A stretch of 12,620 nt of DNA from Pseudomonadota bacterium (GTDB lineage Bacteria > Pseudomonadota > Gammaproteobacteria > JAFEDO01): contig JAFEDO010000164.1 in NCBI GenBank assembly GCA_018241565.1, positions 1 through 12,620 of the forward strand. The letters are read 5' to 3'. Both the position numbers and the translations under genes were made by a program. The notes under the pieces are model-generated. The model ran no database searches. It was not told the DNA's origin and saw only the letters and a list, made by a program, of their open reading frames with translations. Below, piece by piece: positions 1-5,009 of the stretch. Position 1 is the stretch's first letter, and each line of letters starts with the position of its first letter.

Positions 1-929
1 AATTAAAAGAATTGATTGCCTCCATTCGCGAAACAAATCCTAATCTTTTATTAACGGTGGATCATGAAGGTGGTCGTGTACAACGTTTTCGAAATGGATT
101 TACTGAGTTGCCTGCTTATTCAAAGTTTGGGGAAATGTATGATCGCGATCCTAAAAAAGCATTGCAATTAGCGGAGCAGAGTGGTTGGTTGATGGCAAGT
201 GAATTACTCGCTGTGGGCATTGATTTTAGCTTTGCGCCCGTCCTTGATTTAGAAAAAGGGGTTAGTGGTGTTATGAAAACACGATGTTTTCATCGATCAC
301 CTGCTATCGTTTCAGAACTTGCTAAAGCAACTATTCATGGTATGAAACGTGCAGGCATGATTGCTGTTGGAAAACATTTTCCCGGTCATGGTTCTGTCAC
401 TGCAGATTCTCATTTGGAAATTCCCGTAGATGCGCGAGATTTTGCGTCCATTCAAAAAGATGATTTACTTTCTTTCCAAGCATTAATCAATGAAGGCATC
501 GAAGTCATCATGCCTGCGCATGTGATCTATAAAAATGTCGACGAAAAATATCCCGCAGGATTTTCTGAATTTTGGTTACAAAAAATTCTACGACAAGAAT
601 TACATTTCAAAGGCATTATTTGTAGTGATGATTTAATGATGGAGGGTGCGGCTGCCTTAGGTGATATACCGACTCGAGCACAGAAAGCATTATCAGCGGG
701 ATGTGATTTATTGTTAGTTTGTAACAATAGAAAAGCAGCAAAAGAAGTTTTAGCTTCATTAAAGAATTATAAAAATCCATCAACGAGTGAGCAACTATCA
801 AAACTGCGAGGTCGACCTTCGCAACATTCTCTAGAAAATTTAAAAGCGAGCGATCATTGGAACAAAGCCGCAACGACTTTGAAAAAGGAGTTTTATGACA
901 ATCCCAGCGCACATTGCACAAGTTTATAA
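1..929 (+). CDS. nagZ: beta-N-acetylhexosaminidase NagZ (GH3), 5'-truncated by window edge
   Basis: The translation aligns by eye to E. coli NagZ. Matches include VDHEGGRVQRFRNGFTELP vs E. coli VDQEGGRVQRFREGFTRLP, GWLMASE, SFAPVLD, KHFPGHG-VTADSH, PAHVIY, LRQEL-F-G-I-SDDL-MEGAA and AGCD-LLVCNNRKA. The reading frame stays open upstream of the TTG at 12 to position 3, so the true start lies upstream of the window. Stop TAA at 927-929. Confidence 0.9.
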   Translation, partial: LKELIASIRETNPNLLLTVDHEGGRVQRFRNGFTELPAYSKFGEMYDRDPKKALQLAEQSGWLMASELLAVGIDFSFAPVLDLEKGVSGVMKTRCFHRSPAIVSELAKATIHGMKRAGMIAVGKHFPGHGSVTADSHLEIPVDARDFASIQKDDLLSFQALINEGIEVIMPAHVIYKNVDEKYPAGFSEFWLQKILRQELHFKGIICSDDLMMEGAAALGDIPTRAQKALSAGCDLLLVCNNRKAAKEVLASLKNYKNPSTSEQLSKLRGRPSQHSLENLKASDHWNKAATTLKKEFYDNPSAHCTSL

Positions 930-1449
930 AAACGCCGTTTGTTTATATTCTCACGAAGAGATATTGTCATCGATTGATCGTGTCGCGCGAGAAATTGAAG
1001 AAAAGTTATCTGAAAAAAATCCTATCGTGTTAGGGATTATGGTGGGTAGTATCGTTTTTTTAGGACATTTACTGCCGCGTTTAACTTTCCCCTTAGAATT
1101 AGATTATTTACACGCGACTCGTTACCAAGGAAACACCGTGGGTGGTGAATTATTTTGGAAAGCCAAACCCAGTTTAGATTTAAAAGGCCGAACGGTATTA
1201 GTCGTCGATGATGTTTTAGAAGGCGGCATTACTTTGGCAAAAACCTTAGACTACATAAAAGAATGCGGGGCTAAAGAGATTTGGACAGCGGTTCTTATCG
1301 ATAAACAAAAAGCAAGAAAGCCGGAAGGATTCCCAAAAGCAGATTTCACAGGTTTACAAGCCGAGAACCCTTATATTTTTGGGTTTGGTATGGATTACCA
1401 GGAATACCTGCGCAATGTTCCAGGAATCTATCAAGTCAATCAAGAATGA
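895..1449 (+). CDS. hpt: hypoxanthine-guanine phosphoribosyltransferase
   Basis: PRPP-binding motif VLVVDDVLEGGITL and C-terminal GFGMDYQEYLRNVPGIYQV (E. coli Hpt: VLIVEDIIDSGNTL ... GYGIDYAQRYRHLPYIGKV). SD AAGGAG at 885-890, 4 nt before ATG 895. Overlaps the nagZ 3' end by 35 nt in a different frame. Confidence 0.85.
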   Translation: MTIPAHIAQVYKNAVCLYSHEEILSSIDRVAREIEEKLSEKNPIVLGIMVGSIVFLGHLLPRLTFPLELDYLHATRYQGNTVGGELFWKAKPSLDLKGRTVLVVDDVLEGGITLAKTLDYIKECGAKEIWTAVLIDKQKARKPEGFPKADFTGLQAENPYIFGFGMDYQEYLRNVPGIYQVNQE

Positions 1450-1473
1450 TACAAAGCAAAATATGTATTTTAT

Positions 1474-1496
1474 TTGACCATTTCGTGTGATATTTT
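1474..1496 (+). promoter_or_regulatory. candidate promoter for ORF3 (TTGACC at 1474-1479; extended -10-like TGaTATTTT at 1488-1496)
   Basis: The hexamers are present, but the spacing between them is too short (11 nt) for a canonical sigma70 promoter. It may act as an extended -10 only. Confidence 0.2.
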
Positions 1497-1529
1497 ACGC
1501 CTCTCTAATATATTTATGAGGATGAAATA

Positions 1530-1946
1530 ATGAATCCAGAAAGTCATTGGGTTGTACGATATTTAAGATTTTTAGGTCAAAATGATGTGGCATATCTAAT
1601 GATTGCAGATATGATGCAAGGCGGAAAATCTCATACTTCACCTATTATTCAGCAGGCTTCTGTTTTAATTGTTGCTGAAGTAGATTCTTGTTCCCTGGAT
1701 GATCCTTCCGATGCTCCTTCTTTAGTAGGATTAGGTGTGGAAAGGAACGTGCAAAGAGCATTTGAACAAGTGAAGAAAAGTGGACAACTAGCTAATCTGC
1801 CTGCTGAGATTCAGATAGAGATTGATCTAAAGCTTGATCCGAATGGCCACAAGCGTTTTGTTGAACAAGATTCCGAAGAAACAGAAGATTCTGAAGAAGA
1901 AGGTTTTGAAGAGGGAAATCATAGCCCTGGTCTAGGTAGGAAGTAA
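1530..1946 (+). CDS. hypothetical protein, 138 aa, strongly acidic C-terminal third (..EQDSEETEDSEEEGFEEGNHSPGLGRK)
   Basis: Clean ORF with SD GAGGA at 1518-1522, 7 nt before ATG. No recognisable family. Preceded by a 90-nt AT-rich gap after hpt and followed by a perfect hairpin. Confidence 0.55.
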   Translation: MNPESHWVVRYLRFLGQNDVAYLMIADMMQGGKSHTSPIIQQASVLIVAEVDSCSLDDPSDAPSLVGLGVERNVQRAFEQVKKSGQLANLPAEIQIEIDLKLDPNGHKRFVEQDSEETEDSEEEGFEEGNHSPGLGRK

Positions 1947-1974
1947 GAGCAATGGGTTCTGACCCCATTGCTCT
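1946..1974. terminator. bidirectional stem-loop between convergent genes (11-bp perfect stem AGAGCAATGGG / CCCATTGCTCT, 7-nt loop), no U-tract on either side
   Basis: Seen directly in sequence, immediately after the ORF3 stop (1944-1946) and 6 nt before the minus-strand PagL-like stop (1980-1982). Confidence 0.55.
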
Positions 1975-1979
1975 CCACA

Positions 1980-2540
1980 TTAATCAAAATGATAAGTAAA
2001 ACTAAACATAGTTTGTAACGTAATCCCGTTATTCGGTGGGAATAGGTTAGCGTTGGAGTAGTGTAATACATGGAAGCTCACATCGATTTTTCGTTTCTCT
2101 CCAATTTCTACCCCGAATCCTAATAAATCTTGAAAAGCAAAAATGGAACCTTGATTAACCAGTGCAAATTTCCGCTGGGTGTGAACTGCTAAACCCACGC
2201 TGGCTTCTAGGTAAGGATTAAAAATAGGAGTGTATTTTGAGTTAGGTTGGATTCGAAATATAGGCGCAATGGCAAAGCTGGTATTATATTTGTGGTTGCC
2301 CTGTTGATCGCCTCGAGTGTAAAACTGAGTGGCGCTTAAATCCCAATAGCCCGTGAGATTAATGGCATGTTCGGCAAACCAAACCTTGTGCCAATCCCAT
2401 TGCACACTCGCTCTAATCCCTTGAATGTCATCTCGATCACCTCGACCATATCCAATGCTTGCGCCAGTAATACCCAGGAATGCATAAGAAGCAGTGCTCA
2501 TGAGCGACAGGAGAAGCATTATTATTATTTTTTTCATCAT
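1980..2540 (-). CDS. outer-membrane beta-barrel protein, PagL-like lipid A 3-O-deacylase family (tentative)
   Basis: Start chosen at the internal Met (MMKKIIIMLLLSLMSTASYA|F), which gives a classic Sec signal peptide; the ORF track's upstream Met has no signal peptide. Small (~186 aa) protein with alternating hydrophobic beta-strand pattern, Gly/aromatic rich. Contains H-Y-S-N-A (VLHYSNANLF), which resembles the PagL catalytic His-x-Ser-Asn motif. The family call is from memory of the PagL motif and is not searched. Confidence 0.55.
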   Translation of the reverse strand: MMKKIIIMLLLSLMSTASYAFLGITGASIGYGRGDRDDIQGIRASVQWDWHKVWFAEHAINLTGYWDLSATQFYTRGDQQGNHKYNTSFAIAPIFRIQPNSKYTPIFNPYLEASVGLAVHTQRKFALVNQGSIFAFQDLLGFGVEIGEKRKIDVSFHVLHYSNANLFPPNNGITLQTMFSFTYHFD

Positions 2541-2721
2541 CAATCCGTGACTATCTTGAAAGACGGCGAATACTAACACAGCGAATGGAACTAAAAAAAA
2601 GAAAAATCGTTAATTATGGGGATCCTGCAAAATATTTTCTCTGGTGGAAAAAGACGATAAAAAATGTATCAAATAGAAACATCTTTACTAATTGATAAAT
2701 TTTAGAGGCTTAAAATCCTAA

Positions 2722-2748
2722 TTGACTTTATATATTTATTTATATAAC
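2722..2748 (+). promoter_or_regulatory. candidate sigma70-like promoter (TTGACT, ~15 nt spacer, TATAAC) for the flotillin-like gene; would place the TSS at or next to the palindrome at 2758-2782
   Basis: -35-like TTGACT at 2722-2727 and -10-like TATAAC at 2743-2748 in a very AT-rich region. The spacer is short and alternative hexamers exist. Confidence 0.25.
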
Positions 2749-2757
2749 TTGCCGCGG

Positions 2758-2782
2758 TCACATTTCTTAAATGTGATTCACA
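2758..2782. promoter_or_regulatory. palindromic operator-like site: TCACATTT-ctt-AAATGTGA (8-bp arms, 3-nt spacer) overlapping a second mini-palindrome TGTGA-t-TCACA
   Basis: Perfect inverted repeat read directly. It lies in the 330-bp divergent intergenic region between the PagL-like gene (-) and the flotillin-like gene (+). The TGTGA/TCACA half-sites are CRP/FNR-family-like. Confidence 0.4.
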
Positions 2783-2908
2783 ATAAATCGAGCTGTACTT
2801 TATTTTGAATTGAAAATCATTTTTATGGTTTGGTATATATTGTGACTCTATGAAAAATAAAGCATAGTTTGTTTGTTTCAATTTAACGTCAATTCAAGGA
2901 GAGAATTT

Positions 2909-4822
2909 ATGGATCCAAAATTAAATGATAGTAGTAAGAACATTGCTAAAGAAGATGTAAAGAAACACTCTCACCACCATGCAGACCAGCCAGTCCTCAG
3001 ACCTGAAGAAGAAAATGATCCAACTTTAGTACCGTCTGATCAAACTATTTATGAAGCTTTAGAGAGCAGAGGATTGCTTAAAACGGGACATCATGTCGCT
3101 CTTGGTCATAGGATTTCAGATGGCCATTTAGGTATGATGAGAGATGGTGAAAAATATTTTTTTATGGCGCCGGGTTATCATGTCTTATCAGCGCGCCAGC
3201 ATTTCATTGATAGCGTGTCTATAACAGAACCACTCATCAATCTGCGCGACAAACACGATGAAAATGGTATTTCATTAGTGACGATTGTTACAGTTCCTCA
3301 AGGTAGCCTTGGTTTAAGTCATAAGAGTGGTATTACGCGAATATTGCAACCTGGTGTGCATATCTTACAAACCCCACATCATTATGAAGGGACTAAAAGT
3401 GCTATAGAGCGCTACATTAAATTAGGTACTTACCATCGTATTCTTGTTTCAGCCAACGAGGTTGCTATGGCGTTTGATGGTAAGAATACCATGATAATAG
3501 GGCATGAGCAGGTCTATCGTGTTTCGGATGAATTGGGCACTGATGGAAAGCACAAACTGGTGGATGTGACGAGTGAGTACAAAAGAGGTGGTATTTTCGA
3601 AATTATTAACAATACCTTTTCATTTAATGAACAAACTGGATTTAAATCACTGCAAGTACTTGAGCATGAAATTAAAGATTTAGAGTTTACGACCACCGAC
3701 TCATCTTATTCGGGTACGGTGAAAGCTATTGTTAGATATAGAATTGTTGATCCATACGATGCCTTTGTAACAGTAAACGATGTTCACACAGATGTACTCA
3801 GACAAGCAAAAGCAACTTTGGGTGACATACTCAGACGGTTAACAGTTGATCAAGTGTCTCTAGTTCCACCCAATCAAGATCATGGTAAAGGTTCTCCATT
3901 TTCACAAGATCCGACGGATGGTTTGCGTGAGCAGAATCAGAGTTATGCGCATTGGGTAGCAACAGAATTTACAAAAGAACTTGAAAGTGTGGTGAAAAAA
4001 TGGGGCGTTGGTGATATCAACGTACGAATTGCAAAACTTGAACCCAACGACAAAACAAAGGCAAATTTAGAGTCTCGTGCAAAAGCGCGAATGGAAACTG
4101 CGACGAACGCTTCTTTGGTACAAACACAAACAGCGACGGCGGTAGCTGCAGCTGAACGAGAAAAGCAAGTTCAAGTGGTAAAAGCGCAAGCGGAAGCAGA
4201 ATCAACTGCAAAAAAAGCAGAGGGTGATGCAAGGGTTGCTTCTATTAAAGCACAAGCGGAAGCAGAATCGACTGCAAAAAAAGCAGAAGGTGAAGCAAGA
4301 GTTTCCAGTATTAAAGCAAAAGCCAATGCGGACACCGCAGTGACAAAAGCAAAAGCTGATGCAGATGTTTCTGTTATTGAGGCGGAAGCGGCAGCAAAAA
4401 TTACTCTGACGAAAGCAGAAGCTGATTCACAAGCCGTATTGTTAAAAGCTAAATCTGAAGCTGAAGCTATTAAGCTAAAAGCGCAAGCAGAAAATGAGGG
4501 AGCATTGTTGCGTGCCAACACTGAAAATCAAACGATGATGTTTCGCGCACAGTTTTATCAGAGCATGAAACTATCACCTGAACATATCACCGTGCTTGAA
4601 GATAGCCGTCTCCGTGTAGAACTTGCGAGAAATTTAAATGCGGTGGGTACAACCGTTGTTCCAGTGGATTATGGTTTAAGTGGTAACCCTGGTCTAGCTC
4701 AGCTGGCATCTCAATATCGGTTTTTCCAAAATATCACTCCGGGCTCAGGAGGAGCGGAGAAGGGTCATCACCCTCATAAAGAAGACCCATCTACAAGTAA
4801 TTTGTTAACTAATAATAAGTAA
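2909..4822 (+). CDS. flotillin-like SPFH (band 7) domain protein with C-terminal Ala/Glu-rich coiled-coil repeats, 637 aa from the chosen start
   Basis: Start moved to ATG 2909 (MDPKLND..), which has SD AGGAG 7 nt upstream; the track's 2873 start has no SD. The SPFH-like core runs about 3270-3860 (..VTIVTVPQGSLGL..RILQPGVHILQTP.. / ..VKAIVRYRIVDPYDAFVTVNDVHTDVLRQAKATLGDILRRLTVDQV..). Downstream is flotillin-type AEAEA-rich helical repeats. The N-terminal ~120 aa is hydrophilic and His-rich (KKHSHHHADQP), with no TM helix or signal peptide. Stop TAA 4820-4822 is followed by a strong terminator. Confidence 0.85.
   Translation: MDPKLNDSSKNIAKEDVKKHSHHHADQPVLRPEEENDPTLVPSDQTIYEALESRGLLKTGHHVALGHRISDGHLGMMRDGEKYFFMAPGYHVLSARQHFIDSVSITEPLINLRDKHDENGISLVTIVTVPQGSLGLSHKSGITRILQPGVHILQTPHHYEGTKSAIERYIKLGTYHRILVSANEVAMAFDGKNTMIIGHEQVYRVSDELGTDGKHKLVDVTSEYKRGGIFEIINNTFSFNEQTGFKSLQVLEHEIKDLEFTTTDSSYSGTVKAIVRYRIVDPYDAFVTVNDVHTDVLRQAKATLGDILRRLTVDQVSLVPPNQDHGKGSPFSQDPTDGLREQNQSYAHWVATEFTKELESVVKKWGVGDINVRIAKLEPNDKTKANLESRAKARMETATNASLVQTQTATAVAAAEREKQVQVVKAQAEAESTAKKAEGDARVASIKAQAEAESTAKKAEGEARVSSIKAKANADTAVTKAKADADVSVIEAEAAAKITLTKAEADSQAVLLKAKSEAEAIKLKAQAENEGALLRANTENQTMMFRAQFYQSMKLSPEHITVLEDSRLRVELARNLNAVGTTVVPVDYGLSGNPGLAQLASQYRFFQNITPGSGGAEKGHHPHKEDPSTSNLLTNNK
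4181..4510 (+). repeat. in-frame tandem repeat, 5 x 66 nt (22 aa: KAQAEAESTAKKAEG[DE]ARV[AS]SI ...), first two copies near-identical at DNA level (4181-4246 / 4247-4312)
   Basis: Direct reading. Units 1-2 differ at only a few nucleotides; units 3-5 are progressively diverged (KAKANADTAVTKAKADADVSVI / EAEAAAKITLTKAEADSQAVLL / KAKSEAEAIKLKAQAENEGALL). The 22-residue period is 2 x 11, typical of amphipathic or coiled-coil helices. Confidence 0.85.
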
Positions 4823-4835
4823 GTAGCTTTTTAAG

Positions 4836-4869
4836 AACCAACTGAATGCTTCGTTCAGTTGGTTTTTTT
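4836..4869 (+). terminator. Rho-independent terminator: AACCAACTGAA-tgcttcg-TTCAGTTGGTT followed by TTTTTTT
   Basis: 11-bp perfect stem, 7-nt loop and a U-tract, 14 nt after the flotillin-like stop codon. Confidence 0.85.
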
Positions 4870-5009
4870 AATTGCAACTAGCCAATTATGTAAATACCGC
4901 AGTAGCAGATAAATTTTATGTAAGAGTCCCATGATTGATATCCACTCGATTTTATAGACTCCTTATGAGGGGCATATACGAAGGATAAAGAAATTACATC
5001 ATACTACGC

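Noticed and set aside
527-921. Minus-strand ORFs 527-727 and 616-921 inside nagZ
   Set aside because: Both are embedded antisense in a well-conserved housekeeping gene, with no RBS and low-complexity translations.
1792-1980. 62-aa minus-strand ORF overlapping the ORF3 3' end and the intergenic hairpin
   Set aside because: Its start codon lies inside the perfect stem-loop and it overlaps a better ORF. It is most likely spurious.
2367-2576. 69-aa plus-strand ORF antisense to the PagL-like gene
   Set aside because: It is embedded in the opposite-strand gene that has a signal peptide and beta-barrel pattern, and its own translation is low-complexity (YYYFFHH).
2878-2899. Tandem 11-bp direct repeat TCAATTTAACG / TCAATTCAAGG immediately upstream of the flotillin-like start (possible OmpR/PmrA-type response-regulator site)
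   Set aside because: It overlaps the SD and start region, which is the wrong position for an activator site. It is only 22 bp in AT-rich DNA and does not match the PmrA (cTTAATatT) or CpxR (GTAAA) consensus I recall. Chance similarity is likely.
3514-4232. Minus-strand ORFs 3514-3696 and 4017-4232 inside the flotillin-like gene; likewise 5335-5529 and 10094-10285 inside the giant ORF and 11088-11309 inside the WD40 gene
   Set aside because: All are short antisense ORFs within long, clearly coding regions. None has an RBS.
4171-4521. 116-aa minus-strand ORF (Ala/Ser-rich) antisense to the flotillin-like repeat region
   Set aside because: It is an artefact of the sense-strand repeat composition. 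The GCA/GCG/GAA/AAA-rich codons have stop-free reverse complements, and the ORF has no SD. It is fully embedded in a much better-supported gene.
4870-5009. Promoter or SD for the giant ORF
   Set aside because: An AAGGA at 4981-4985 is 24 nt from the ATG, too far to act as SD. The TTGATA...TATAGA hexamers (about 4936-4962) have poor spacing. I could not support a specific promoter call, so the gene may use a weak or leaderless initiation context.
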